Shown here: one piece after another, positions 1-14,329 of the stretch
Position numbering within the stretch: position 1 is the first letter of the stretch
How the letters are laid out: every line of letters begins with the position of its first letter
NCBI RefSeq assembly: GCF_006345805.1
Contig: NC_043009.1
Coordinates: 8,184,001 to 8,248,000 of the forward strand
DNA from: Octopus sinensis
Taxonomy: Eukaryota
Reading direction: 5' to 3'
Length of the DNA stretch: 64,000 nucleotides
The notes under the pieces: generated by a model
What the model saw: the letters and a program-made list of their open reading frames with translations, nothing else
Told to the model about the DNA's origin: nothing
The model's database searches: none
Program-made: the position numbers and the translations under genes

Positions 1-1976
1 TAATCCTTCTTTTTTAATGGTGTAGGTACATTATGATTCTGATGTGCATTTAGTATTGCTGTGTATGTATGTGTGCATACATGTATGCATGGTGGTTGCT
101 GTACTAGGTGAGATAGCAGCCAAGTTACCCTCAAACTTCATTCTACCATTTTAAAATAGTTGTATGTCTTCTACAGCTATACAGGAATAACCTGAACATG
201 GATATGCTATCACTGTCACAGTTGATTGGTAGAATCTAAATTATGTTGAATAAAATAACTATTGTATCTAAACACAACCCTTTACGATGTGAGATCAATT
301 CCTGCTGAGATCAACTTTACCATTCATCCTTCTTTTAATTTTAGAAATAGGTCCTGTGCTGCTCAGAACACTGGGTGGGAAGCTTCCTTCACCAGGTTTG
401 GAAGGCTGCTTCTGTTGCACACCTATAAGGTTAACTGTCTTCAGATTATCTTGGTATGTTTTCCACCAAGTAATTTTTGACTTGCCTCTTTTACACCTGC
501 TAACTGGTGGTACTTAAGTCATGGCTGTTTTTGAGTAGCATTGATCAGCTAGTTGGAGAATGGGGCCAACTAGGTGGAAATGGCACTCTGCTGCAATCTG
601 TTGCAATGGTCATGACTGCATTTTTCTCAGAATCATCTCATTTGTGCCACAACCTCACCGGTTCACCCTCAAGATCTTTCAGAGGTACCTTTGTTGGAAA
701 GCATTTAGTTTTCTACCCATTTTTACTGTGCTCTCCCAGTGTGTGTATAATATATACACATATATATATATATAGTATCAGGACAATTCCCCCACCAATG
801 ACAACTAACGCTAGGACAATTACCCCCTTGGTTAATTACCCCCCTCCTCTTCAATATATTAAGAAGTTTTAAATCATCATCTGTTGTCCTCAAGGTGTTA
901 TTGTTCTTGGCGGGGTTATTGTCCATGGAGGGGGATTAATGTCCTAGACTCGTGTGTGTGTGTATGTTTGTGTGTATGAAGGTGCATGGCCAAGTGATTA
1001 AGGTATTCAGCTCAAGATCGTAAGGTTGTGACCTTGATACTGGTGACACATTGTGTCCTTGAGCAAGACACTTTATTTCACTTCACTCCACTTCATTCAG
1101 ATGGAACAAATGAGTTGCATCTATATTTCAAAGAGCCAGCTACGTCACATTCTGTATCACACTGAATCTCCATCAGACCTACATAAAGGGTATGCGTGTC
1201 TATGGAGTGCTCGTTAAGTTTATGAGCAGGCTGTTCTGTTTATCGGATTAACTGGAACTCATCATCATAACCGATGGTGTGCCAGTGTGTGTGTGTGTGT
1301 GTGTATTTCCTACTCTTGATGTAACACAATACTTGCAAATAAGCCCTACCATCATACAAGGGGTGTCTTTCATTTCTAACCTGGCACAAACATTTGTGCA
1401 GCTATGACAAAATATTAACTTGCTTAGAAACAGGTTAGGGTTGGTAACAGAAAAGGCATCCAGCCATAGAAAATCTGTCTCAGTGAATTCTGCTTGACCT
1501 AAGCAAGCATGGACAAGTGGGCATTAACATGATGCAGATGATATCATATGACTGTTAATATACTACTGTATTAATTATTTGACCCTGTGGCAGTATATAT
1601 GCAAGATGTCTGCATCAACAACCAAAGTCAGAAATGACATTTTAGTTTAACCAATAACACAAGTTATGGTGAAACAACATTACAAATTACAATGCATTGG
1701 AAAAAGTTAGAAGAGAAAAATATTTTTACAAAATCTTTCATTCAATCCATGTGCATATGTGTATACACACACACACACACACACAGTATATGAATTTCTG
1801 TATGTACACATGTGAAGCAGTCTTTACCACTTACGTGCATCTGAGTGTGTGTGAATATGTGTATGGTTGGATAGTGTACTTGTTCATGTGCATTTGAATG
1901 GGATATACATGCTTGAATATATATAATTTCACTCTCATATATATATATGTATGTATGTACATACGTACGTACATAG

Positions 1977-2010
<34 letters not shown>

Positions 2011-2247
2011 GCTTGTGTGTATACACAAATGTTCACACAAACATGAACACACATGGACACAGGTTTATGCTTCTTTATATGTACAGGCACACACAACACC
2101 ACAATATAATATATATGCTGTATGTGCACACACACATAGATATGCACACATAGACACACATATTAGATTGTGCGTGTGTGTATGTATGTGTGTGTGTGTA
2201 TGCATTTTCTTAAATGGTTTTGTTAGAGGAAAAACACCACCCATGAC

Positions 2248-2411
2248 CTTTTAAAGGGCCTCAGACACTGTTTGGGCAAAAAAGTGGGAGGGAATTCATC
2301 CTCAGATTGGAAACTTGGCTCAAATGTTTGCAACAGATTGGACTCTGCTAAAGGATGAACACACATACACACACACAGAAGAAGAAGAAGAAGAGAAGAA
2401 GAAGAAAACAT
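2248..2411 (-). CDS. Candidate first coding exon of a secreted protein (MFSSSSLLLLLLCVCMCVHPLAESNLLQTFEPSFQSEDEFPPTFLPKQCLRPFK)
   Basis: Lies in track ORF 2223..2540 (-). Upstream acceptor GTGTCTGTAG| (exon start 2496), weak donor AAG|GTCATG, signal-peptide-like N-terminus. Confidence 0.3.
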
Positions 2412-2585
2412 GTTAGATTGTTTATATTTAATGCCTCCTGTTAACATATCCAACTGAGGATTCAACAAAATGATATGAATCCTCTTCATAGTTTGCCTAC
2501 AGACACACAGGAATAGACTTGGAGTTTTGTTGTCATGCAATTAAAGTTTTAGATCACACTCTGTGTGTGTGTACACACACATATT

Positions 2586-2951
2586 CTTTTTCTCTTTTAT
2601 TCTTTTGCTTGTTTCAGTCATTTGACTGCAGCCATGCTGGAGCACTGCCTTTAGTCGAGCAAATCGATCCCAGGACTTATTCTTTGAAAGACTAGTACTT
2701 ATTCTATTGGTTTCTTTTGCCGAACCACTAAGTTACAGGGATGTAAACACATCAGCATCGGTTGTCAAGCAATGTTGTGGGGGACAAACACAGACACACA
2801 CACATATGACAGGCTTCTTTCAGTTTCCATCTACCAAATCCACTCAGAAGGCTTTGGTCGGCCCTAGGCTATAGTAGAAGAAACTTGCCCAATGGGACTG
2901 AACCCAGAACCATGTAGTTGGTAAGCAAGCTACTTACCTCACAGCCACTCC
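2586..2951 (-). mobile_element. tRNA-derived SINE family A (octopus OR/OK-like)
   Basis: Head GGAGTGGCTGTG...GGTTCAGTCCCA (B-box-like), central microsatellite, tail GACTGAAACAAGTAAAAGAG. Further minus-strand copies at about 3047-3390, 7600-7958, 11348-11760, 15810-16210, 16888-17160 and 18900-19510. Confidence 0.85.
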
Positions 2952-4166
2952 TTATATATAAGTCCAATCCATGCCAGCATGGAAAGCAGGCATTAAATCA
3001 TGATATATATGTGTGTGTGTATGTGAACATACATACATAGATCTTTTATCTTTTACTCATTTCAGTCACTTGACTGCGGCCATGCTGGGGCACTGCCTTG
3101 AAGAACTTTTAGATGAATGAATTGACTCTATAACTTATTATTTGTTTTATTTTAAGCTTTGTACTTATTCTAGTGGTCTCTTTTGCCACACTGCTAAGTT
3201 ACAGTGGTAAGGAACAAACATACAGACACACATATATGAGGGCCTGTTTCATCTATTGAATCCACTCAAAAGACTTTGGTTGGCCCGAAGATATAGTAGA
3301 AGATACTTGATCAAGGTGCCACATAGTGGGACTGAACCCAGAACCATGTGGTCGGGGAGCAAATTTCTTATTACATACCCATGCCTGCATCTGTGTGTGT
3401 AAAGCTAGATAGGTAGATAGACACACAATTAAATAGGTAGATAAATAGATGATTTGGCATTTGTTAGAGTTTTGGACACAACACCTATTTATTCTGGCCT
3501 TCTGTGCTCAGGGTTCAACTTTGCCCTTCGGCTCTTCAAAGTCAGTAGAGCGCTAGACCAGCAGTGATGTTCACTTCTTTTTACCTCTACTGTCTCTCCG
3601 CCCTTCTCTTTAACATGGAACAAATTTGTTGTGTTTTGATTGGGATAGGAATTCCACTAGATTTAGAAGCCTGCAATATGCTGTTTGTCATGACAATGCC
3701 TCTTATGGTTTTACTTGGAGGAATTCAAGGCTCAAGGAAGTATGTGTGTGTGTGTGTATGTATTTATGTATGGAAAAGTGGATGTCAAAATGACACTAAT
3801 GATTGATTTGTATGTGTGCCTATGTTGTTTGTGTGTATGTATAAATATATATATATACATATATATATGTGTATGTATACTGAGCTAGCTACTGTGTGCT
3901 TTAATCTTGCTACATGTGTTTGCCAATGCAACAACATTATTAATTTTGTATAATACACTATAGGGAAAACAATTGAAAACATTTTGGAAGCATTAAATCA
4001 ATATTTACTTTTCTGTTTAATTAATGACTGTGTGTATTTTTTGTTTTTGTATTATTCCCCCACCCACCCCCACCTTCTCTCTCTCTTTCTCTCTCCATGT
4101 CTCACTTTGTTTTACTTTTACCATTTTTATCATCAGTAATGAAATTTTCCAATTTACTCATGAATA

Positions 4167-4203
<37 letters not shown>

Positions 4204-5654
4204 ATATGAATAATAATAATAATAATAATTAGGATGATAATAATTGTTTCTTTATATACCATTACGGTGATGGACAAGGAGATATTACAAGGACAGAATT
4301 AAAAATAAGAAAAGACACAGTGGAGGGGTTGCTTAGATAAAATCACATAGGAGAAAACAAGCATGTAAAACAACAGTATACAAGGGAAATTAAGCTGTCC
4401 CAACAAGAGGACAGCTATCTAGCATCATTCAAGGAATCATATGGGTCCAATACTACCAAGACTAGAAGTGGCAAGTGCCCTCTCCTAGCTGTGTTCTCCA
4501 GTTTTGGAACCATTCACTTAGACCTTACTCATCACTTTCACCTTCCCTTCATCAAATGAGCACTGGAGGAAGCCTTTATGTAGTTGCTTGAAATAGTAGT
4601 CAAATCTCTCTCATATCACCTCTGCTTCTGCCCTCACACTCTTGCAATCTACTCACCCACTTGCCACAATTCGTCTGTTCTCACATCATTCCTCTGTCTA
4701 CTGTACTATTACCATTCTGTACTTTGCGTCATTCCCTACCTTCCCCAACTGATATGTATCATTAACCATCTCCCCTACTCTTGGCCACCATCCACTACAA
4801 CCATCCCTCAACTCAACCCAGCCTTTATGGTCATCACTTACTCTTCTCTACCTTCCCTCCAATGTATTTATCATTGACCACCCCTCAACCTCTGTTCTTC
4901 AATCATTATACTCTTTTACTTGTTTCAGTCATTTGACTGCGGCCATGCTGGAGCACCGCCTTTATATTCACTTGTCAACCATTTCTCATCTCTAGCCAGC
5001 CCTCACTCACCCTGTACACCCTCAGAATCTCTGTTCTTCTGTCTTCCCTCACTTCTATTCACTATATACCTGGAGGATCCACCCTCACACTTTATAACCA
5101 CTATTTTATCTCTCTTTCCGGGTTCTACTTTGGTCCCCAGTCATTCTTTTGTAACATGAGTAGCCACATATCTCTTCATGTAGCAAGAAACACGTTCTGT
5201 TCTGGTTCCTGCTTTCATACCTTATCAGCTCATATTCTAACACAAAGCTGCTTCCCTCTCTACTGTTACTCCACTTGGTCAAAGGGGTTCTCAGTCTTGT
5301 GAGCTGTATGGCAACCCCAATCATGCTGGTGTCATGAAAAATGCACCCAGCATATGAAAAGTAGCTGGAATTAGAATGGTCATCTAGTCATAGAAACTAC
5401 CCGAAGCAGACAATGGAGCTTGATGCAGTCCTTAGACCTGTTGGGTCCTGTCAAACTGTCCAGCCCATACTATCAATGAAAATGGACATTAAATGATGAT
5501 GATGTAAGCTGTGGAAATTGAAACCAAACCCATTTGTTGTGAAGCGAAATTAATGCATAACTATTCTGATATGTATTTGTGTGTATATCATGAATATGTG
5601 TAAATGTGAAATTGTATATGTAAATGTGTGTGTTAGTATTTGTTAGTATTATAA

Positions 5655-5747
<93 letters not shown>

Positions 5748-5938
5748 ATGTGTGTGTATGAACACACAGATCATTGAAGTATCATCCTCCCTTCTAACAT
5801 TGCAGACCACATTTGGATTAATAACGATATAAAGGCGACAGCAGGAATGGAGAAGAAGATGAGAGAGACATGGGAGAAAGAAATATAATAAAATTATGTT
5901 TAGTCTCTACACCACTGTATAATACGTGTGTGTGTGTG

Positions 5939-5974
<36 letters not shown>

Positions 5975-6351
5975 TACATTTGTGCAAGTACACAGTGGTC
6001 TTGCAATGGGTGTTAACCTTTTTCCCAAAGGTCTAGAGTCAGAAATACTGACTCCATTTCTTTTACCATTCTACAAATCATTATTGAATTCTGCTTCCAG
6101 CCAGGCTCTACTAGTCTAAACTGTCTTCTGTCTTTTAAAAACCAGATCCACTTTAATCTGTATTGTCTATATCAGCCAAAAAGTTTTGATCAACTGATCT
6201 TATTTGAGTTACCTTCCTTGCTTGCTGCTTATAGATTAGATTTTGAACACTTCTTACAAGGAGATTTGAGCTGCTAAAGGCATGGACAATCTTAATTGAT
6301 CAAAGTTTTCCATCTCATTGTATTACAAAGGTGGTATTCTCAATTATTTTG

Positions 6352-6722
6352 GCTACGTGGTTAAGAAGAAGCTTGCTTCCCAACCATGTGATCTTAGGTT
6401 CAGTCCCACAGCACAGCACCTTGGGTAAGTGTGTTCTACTTATAGTCCCAAGCTGACCAAAGCTTTGTTAGTGGATTTGGTAGATGGAAACTGAAAGAAG
6501 CCTGACGTGTGTGTGTTTGCATGTGTGTGTGTTCTCCACCACTGCTTGACAACTGATGTTGGTTTGTTTATGTCCTCATAACTTAGCAGTTTGGCAAAAG
6601 AGACTGATATAGTAAGTACCAGACTTGGAGAAAAAATAAGTACTGAGGTCAATTTGTTTGACTGAACCTTTGAAGGCAATGCCCCGGCATGACCGTAGTA
6701 TAGTGGCTGGAACGAAAGATAA
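6352..6722 (+). mobile_element. SINE family A
   Basis: Same head, body and tail. Other plus-strand copies at about 7118-7255 (partial), 18445-18782, 22783-23198 and 39565-39910. Confidence 0.8.
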
Positions 6723-9699
6723 AAGAAAGATTTTGTGTTAGGAGTTGTTGGTGTTATAGTATACCCAAATCAAAGAAACCAATGGGAAAAGGCTTTCCAG
6801 CTGTGACCATCCTTTCATTTTGTGTAACAATGACTATGTTGTCCAATATATACTTTTTTTTTAAAAACAGCAACAGTGAGTTGAGGGAGATCTAGCTGCT
6901 ATTTCTAGCAGATATAGTGACTGCATAGGAGCACCCTTACTGGCTTACATAGGATTTTGTTAGTTTAGAGAGAAAGTGAGAAAGAGAGTAAAAGAAGAAA
7001 AGGTTGCTGGTCTTATGATCCAGCTGTAACCATTCTGTTTTGTATCTAGGACTGTTTTACCTAAGGTATCTTTTTTTTTAAAGACATTTTTCTTCATTTG
7101 TAACAGATTTTTCTGCTATGTGGGCTGTGTGGTTAAGAAGCTCCCTTTGTAACCATGTAGTTTTGGGCTCAGTCTCACTGCATAGCACCTTGGGCAATTA
7201 TCTTCTACTGTAGCCCTGGCCCAACCAAAACATTGGTAGATGGAAACTGAAAGAGGAAAAACTGACTAGGAAGATATCAGAGAAAAACGATTGCAACGGA
7301 AGGCATGCAAGGATGTTGGTTCAGTGAAATTTAGCTGTGGGGAATATCTACCATATTTCCTTGGAATGTTATCTCTAATAGAGTGGCATCCTTTTTGGAG
7401 AATGATTTATTTTCCAGCCACTTAATCCATCTAAATTTGGTGTTGTGTGTTAAATGTTTTATGAACTTTTGTGTTCTGTGGAAATATATGTTCATGTGTA
7501 AGCTTTTTACATGTAATTTCAGCATTGAAGACATATGTTAGCCATTCAGGAACAGACAACGACTGTCGACTTCATATTAAGCATTTGTTTGTAATATTCT
7601 TTTCTTTTCAGTTATCTGACTGTAGCCATGGTTTTTAGTTGAAGAAATCAACCCCAGGACATATTCTTTGTAAACTTAGTACTTATTCTATCAGTCTCTT
7701 CTGACAAACCACTAAGTTACAGGGATGTAAACACACCAACATTGGTTGTCAAGCAATAGTGGGAAGACAAACACAAAAACACACAGACATAAATATATAT
7801 ATGACAGGCTTCTTTCAGTTTCTGTTTACCAAATCCACCCACAAGACTCTGGTCAGCCCAAGGCTATACTAGAAGACACTTGCCCAAGGTGCCATGCAGT
7901 AGGACTGAACCCAGAACCATTTGTTAGGGAAGCAAGCTTCTTACCACACAGCCACACATGGTGTCAAAATTTTTGTTGCTCGAAACTGCAGCCTTTTATA
8001 CTGACAAAAAATTGTGCCACATCAGTGAACAGATCACAGTTTTGAGTGACGAAAACTTTGACATCATCTTACAAGTAAATACTTAGTTGATGTTTTCATG
8101 TATTTCCGAATGGCCAGTTTATGTCTTCCACACTGCAAACCACTTTAGTTTCAGGACAGGATCTCAGATCAAAACACTTGCTATGCAAGTACATCTCAAT
8201 AAAGTTTTGGATGTTGTTTGTCTGTGTGTTATCTTACTTAAAGGGGGCAGGTATGAATAAATGATTAAGAAGTTCAATTTGCAATCATGAGGTATTTCAT
8301 GTGGAAGTCAAATGGTTAGATATAGATTTAATTTTACCAATAAATAATTGGATGGTGACTTAGTTTAATACGCCAGTCACACTGTGTTACTGATACACAT
8401 ACACATAATTAATCAGCTGAATGATCAATTATACTTGATATCAAGTGTTATCTGAATAAGATTGACAATTATAATTTGAACTTAGTATATGATACTCTCT
8501 CTAATCAATATATATTACCATAATGCTAAATTATTGGATGAGATGCCTTATAATATCTTCTAGCCCTTTGCATTCTGATTTCAAATTCCATCTTAGCGCT
8601 GATGGACAGACAGATAGACTTACAGCCAGTACAGATAAGCTGGCAACAGCATATTGACACTTCATTCAATAGTAGATCAATTAAGGCTAATGGAATATTA
8701 AATCGAGATATAAAATGAGTAAAAAACAAATGTTCCCTTTTTTTAAAAAAAAAAACTAGCTTGCATGGCAGTTTGATTAGTAAGTTCACTTCACAATTAC
8801 ATGGTTCTGAGTTCAATCCCAGCATGTGACAATTTCAGCATGGGTTGTTCAAAACCTTGTGAGTGAAATTTGGCAGAGGGACACTGGATAAAAGCTCATC
8901 ATATATCATCATCGTCATTTTATGCCCTCTTTCCATGATTGGATGGATTGGGCAGGTCATCATGGTCCAAGTTAGTTACTACTCTTCTAGATGAGTCAGA
9001 GGAACACATCTTGCTCATACATCTCATTTTTGGCTTGGTTTCTATGGCTGGATGCCTTTACTGTCACCAACCACTCCATAGAGTATACTAAGTGTATAAT
9101 ATTATCATGGCACAGCCCTAGAGGGTTTTATGTCCTCTACAGGACTAAATGGGACCCTCTCAACCTTATGGCTCTACATGTTCAGCAGTCACTTACTAGA
9201 TTTTACTGGATGCATTTTATCATGGCACCAGTATAAGTGGCATTGCCTTGTACCATCTTGGAATAGAGAGACATTAATACTCCAATACGTGTTCATTTGC
9301 TTGAGGCAACATAACCAAGAAGATGAATAGAGGAGATGCTGATGGAAGAAAAATCAGAGTGTGTGAGTAAATTGAACAAGAGTATGATGGTAGAATCAGT
9401 GCACGAGTTGGAGTGAAAGAGTAATGGATAATGATAGAGATGGATGTGAGTATAAGTGTGTGTGTGTGTGTGTGTGTGTGGTTATTGAAACTGAAACTTT
9501 GTCTCATGATTTGAGGTTCACACCACTGCAATCTTCAGGTGTGAAAGATAAAAGAGAGAGGATAATGCTCAGATGGTCACTCTCACTACCATGATATTTA
9601 ACCCTGGGAAATGTCCAACTTTTTAATGTAGGAAGTATAAAGACCTGCTAATGTAATCTCATCACCAATAATATTAAAACTCGAATTCCAAAACTCTTT

Positions 9700-10560
9700 T
9701 ATTAATTGTCAGACAGCAATTCCCCCCCCCCCGCCACTTCACCATGAATAAATACTGTAAAACTTTTCATAGGAAACCTATTAAATTTACTTCTTCCACT
9801 ACACATACCTTGGAAGCAATTATAGCAGTCTGTAGTAGAAATAAAATTAGAGAATATATTACCAGTTTACCTCTACTTAGCCAACTTTCTAATATAGCTT
9901 TTCATTATTCTCTGCCTAATCCTTAAGTTCACACAAGGAACTCTGCAAAGGCAAAACCCTCGACATTAGCCTGGCATTAAGCCTGGGCAATGCTGATATT
10001 AATAATCTAATGCTAACTACCTCAACTAATGAACCAGGTGGACAGACCAACAAGTTGGTTACATCTCTATTACATAATGCAAATATAAAATATCCTAAAC
10101 AGTCACCCAGACCCCATCACAAGGAATATAAATCTAAGTTAACCCTTTTGTTACCAACCCGGCTGAAACCAGCTATGGCTCTGTAGTACAAATGTTTTGT
10201 TTTCATAAGTTCTGAATTAAAATCTTCCACCAAACATTAGTCACAATCTATGTTCCTAACACTAGCTTAATGATAACTAAGTTATTTTACTAAATTCTTT
10301 GTTATATATAAAGTAATTGAAAGAAACTAAGAGCATCTCAAAATAAATACGGTAATGAGAGGGTTAAAATCACAGACAAACTGTCCATTGGATGGAAATT
10401 GTGCCCACGAAAATGTGATGTACAAGTGTGTTAATACAGATAACACTTACCACTTTTACACCAAATCAACAACTAATCTGGTAGAATGGATGTTCTTTTC
10501 CCATAGATACAACTTCATTAATAAAAAGTTTACAATTTTCAACATCTCTAGCAGTATATA
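9700..10560 (+). mobile_element. Degenerate Penelope-like retroelement (RT C-terminus to GIY-YIG region)
   Basis: Fragments HRKPIKFTSSTTHTLEAIIAVCSRNKI and NCPLDGNCAHENVMYKC resemble the Penelope motifs NRNTVKVSYSCMPN and CPLxGxCLxxxVVY. Confidence 0.6.
10143..10363. mobile_element. piggyBac-type MITE inserted in a Penelope remnant
   Basis: TTAA|CCCTTTTGTTACC ... GGTAATGAGAGGG|TTAA; TTAA at 10139-10142 and 10364-10367. Confidence 0.8.
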
Positions 10561-11561
10561 TATTTTATAGATGTAAACACAAACACACACATACGTGTGT
10601 GTGTATTTTTTGCTAATGTATATTTCAAATGGTATAAACATTGATGAGAACCTGAAAAAAAAAGAAAAAAGTGGTAATGCTTGCTGCCAGAAATGCAGTG
10701 AACCAGTAACTGGCCCATTGGATATATGCAACCATTGATAGTATTGTTCACAAATTGCTTTATAAAATAAAAAGTATATAATCATCAGCATCAGTTTGCT
10801 CAGATTAAAGAATACACACACACACACACACACACACATGAGGCCATCTGATGCAGAATTTAAACATTGCAAAAAAAACAACAAAATTAAATAAGATAAA
10901 ATATAAGAAGCAATAAAAAGCACTTTTTGTGGCAAATGATGTTTTTTGGGGTTTTTTTTCACTACAGAATTTTTTTTTTATAGGATATTCTGAAATATCT
11001 CTAAAATAATAATAACACAAAGTAAAGTTTTAATCATGCGTATATTATCACTACCACCACTTTCACCACCACCACCACCACTACCATCATTTTTATCATC
11101 ATCATCATCATCATCGTTACGTCTGCTTTTCCATTATTGTGGCTTGGGTTAGACAGGTTGTCACAGTTTGAGTCGGCTTTCATTCAGAACTGCTCCCCTC
11201 CCAGACAGGTTGGGGGCCAGGCATTGCTCTTGGGTATGAAACCTTTTTAACACAGCCATTTTGGTGCCACCATTTTGGCGCCACTGATTTGACACTGACT
11301 TATTTGACAGCAGACGTTTTAATGTTTCTCACATTTTGTCACTCATCTGTTACTTGTTTCAGTCACTGGACTGTGGCCATGCTGGGGCAATGTCTTGAAC
11401 TTTTCACCAAATGAATCAACCCCAATACTTTTTTTTTTAAAACCCTGGTACTTACTATGTCAGTCTCTTTTGCTGAACTGCTAAGTTACAAGGATGTAAA
11501 CACAGCAACATCAGTTGTTAAGCAGTGGTGGTGGACAAACACAAAGGCACATACACACACA

Positions 11562-11599
<38 letters not shown>

Positions 11600-12497
11600 C
11601 GACAGGCTTCTTTCAGTTTCCATCTACGAAATCCACTTACAAGGCTTTCATTGGCTTGAGGCTATAGTAGAAGACACTTGCCCAAGGTGCCACACAGTGG
11701 GATTGAACTCCAAATCATGTGGTAAGAAGGCAAGCATCTTACTACACGGCCACACCTGTGTAATGTCTCTCTCTTACTTTCTCTATGTGTATGTGTATAT
11801 TTCTGCACAAACATGCATGTTGTATGTGTGTGTGTGTATGTACATGCATGCGTGTTTGCTTTCAGCATCAAAACAGGTTGAATGTCCAGCCAGCTGTGCT
11901 CAATCATCAGTGTCTAAACATCTGTCCCTTGCTTTCTTGTTCTGATCGCTCTTAAGTTCCATTTTTGGCATAGTTTCTATGGGTGGGTACCCTTCATTTT
12001 GCCAGCTATTTTACAGAGTGTAACTCAATGCATTTCATTGTGCCCTCAACCCTAGAGAGGTTCCCATATCACCACCTAAGGCTAAATTGTCCTCTCTAAG
12101 CTACATTCTCAATGTACATTCACAAACCATTCTAGTGCTGAGTGGATTTTATTGTTTTATCTGTCTTCTTCCCATTCTTCTCTTCTGGCCCTCAGTTGGT
12201 TACAACAATGAGTGTTCCAGTTGTTCTGATCAATGGAAAGCTAGCACATGAAATTAACTTGCAAATGGCTGAGCACTTCCCAGACACACATACCCTTCAC
12301 AGACCAGACACACATACCTTTCACAGACACGTGTACTGTAATTCTCAGAGAGATTCAGCATGACACAGAATGTTACAAGGTTGGCCCTTTGTATTATAAG
12401 TACAACTAATTTTTGCCATTTGAGTGGACTGGAGCAAGCACACAGTTGGGTATCAAACTGGTGACACTGTCAGGAATTAAACTCACCACCTTACAAT

Positions 12498-12923
12498 CAG
12501 GGCCAGATTAAGACCCATCAAGGCCCTAAGCACTTAAGAGATTTTGGTGCCCCAATAAAAGATTATGTAATTCAAAGTATAAACAGTAACAAACTGTACA
12601 ATGAATTTCTGTCTTTCAAAACAAAACAAAACAGCAAGAGGGAACATAATGTTTACTTATGTATACTTCCACTTTATATATATTGGAAAAGTTTCCGCCT
12701 ACTTTTTTGAATTGCAAAGTATTTGATCAGATCCTCAAAATTAATCTTAGCTAACACATCTGCATCTAAACTTAGTAGAGATAAAGGCATCCCGAATATT
12801 ATTTTAGCAAATTTAAAGTGATTTCTTTTGTGCCATAAACCATTTACCATTTCTGTGGTGCCCCCTCCTTCCTTTGATGCCCTAAGCACGTGCTTACTTT
12901 GCTTAATGGTTAATCCAATGCTG
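12498..12923 (-). mobile_element. Non-autonomous hAT element with a transposase C-terminal remnant
   Basis: Perfect 8-bp TSD CTTACAAT (12490-12497 and 12924-12931). Ends CAGGGCCAGATTAA / TTAATCCAATGCTG. Minus strand encodes LSLLSLDADVLAKINFEDLIKYFAIQKSRRK, like the hAT dimerization-domain end. Confidence 0.85.
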
Positions 12924-13380
12924 CTTACAATCATGAACTGGATACCCTAACCATTAAGCCGTGTACATTCACTACCCACCCCCATTATAAGCTAAAGAAT
13001 CCTCTCAAATATCTCTTAACCTAGACCTATAACCATGTATTATTATTAGGCAACCAAATTCGTGTAGCTTTATATCGATATTTTTTCTTAGATTCGGATA
13101 GTGAGTTTTTAAAGAAGCATCTCAGTTGCTATTTCACTCTTCCTATTTTCCATTTGATTCTGTGATGTTGCATGGCTGTCAATCAAATAATTCATCTCCT
13201 TCTTTTGGCTTTGTATTCTAAATTTTCATATTATAAACCGGAGAGGCAGCCTGTTTGAAATTGTTTGTAAGAAATATAGATTTCTCTTTTATTTTCTACT
13301 TTTAATTTTTTTTTCCAGTAGCATGTTCCTAGTTTTTTTTCTATTTTTTCTTTTTGTGTGTATGTGTTTTTTTTTCTTAC

Positions 13381-13439
13381 CTGTATATAAAGTGCTTTGG
13401 GTATTTTAACTGTTAGTTATTCTGATCTTTGATGTGACC
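13381..13439 (-). other. Candidate non-coding (UTR/lncRNA) exon, 59 nt
   Basis: CTGTTTCTATACAG|G acceptor, CAG|GTAAGA donor; stops in all frames. Confidence 0.3.
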
Positions 13440-13510
13440 CTGTATAGAAACAGTTGTGCTACTGTAAGGATCCATTGCTTTGATAAAAGTATACACACAC
13501 ACATGTAAAT

Positions 13511-13537
13511 GTGTATATACATGTGTGCATGTTTATA

Positions 13538-13594
<57 letters not shown>

Positions 13595-13911
13595 GTATAT
13601 ATATTTATTTGTAAAAAGTTAATAGTAATCCTTATATTGTTATATATATATACATATATGAATGTGTGTGTATGTATATATATATATATACATATATTTA
13701 TGTATATATATATATATATTATATATATATATATATAATATATATATATATACATATATTTATATATATATATATATATGTATATATATTTATTTGTAAA
13801 AAGTTAATAGTAATCCTTATATTGTTATATATATATACATATATGAATGTGTGTGTATGTATATATATATATATACATATATTTATGTATATATATATAT
13901 ACATATATTTA

Positions 13912-13947
<36 letters not shown>

Positions 13948-13990
13948 CATATATTTATATATATAATATATATATATACATACATGTATG
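13511..13990. repeat. (TA)n-rich compound microsatellite containing a 185-bp tandem duplication
   Basis: The non-microsatellite core GTAAAAAGTTAATAGTAATCCTTATATTG occurs at 13611 and 13796. Confidence 0.9.
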
Positions 13991-14329
13991 CAAACGCATA
14001 TATTTCTTCTCTACTTTCCATTTGCAGTAACAGAGAGAGAAAATCGGAAAAGAACCATGCATGTTAGTATTAGCTTTCAGGATTTAAGAACCATTCACAG
14101 GAACAAGAATCTCCAGTGTTATTATCTCTGATAGTGCCACCGGAGTTGTTCACAGAGTTGTTACCATTCCATTCTTCTCTGCTGCAATTCATGCATAATA
14201 TTCATAACAGAAATGTCTGGCAGATGTTAGCCACGTAAACACACCAAAATGTTCAAATTTTAATGGAACAGTGAACGGGAGTGATGGGGGGGGGGAGTTT
14301 AAGGGATTCTCATATTTTAATTTCATGCC

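Noticed and set aside
300-720. ORFs 262..480 and 507..872 (+) as a gene
   Set aside because: No recognisable homology; both strands give short interrupted frames; more likely an old TE interior.
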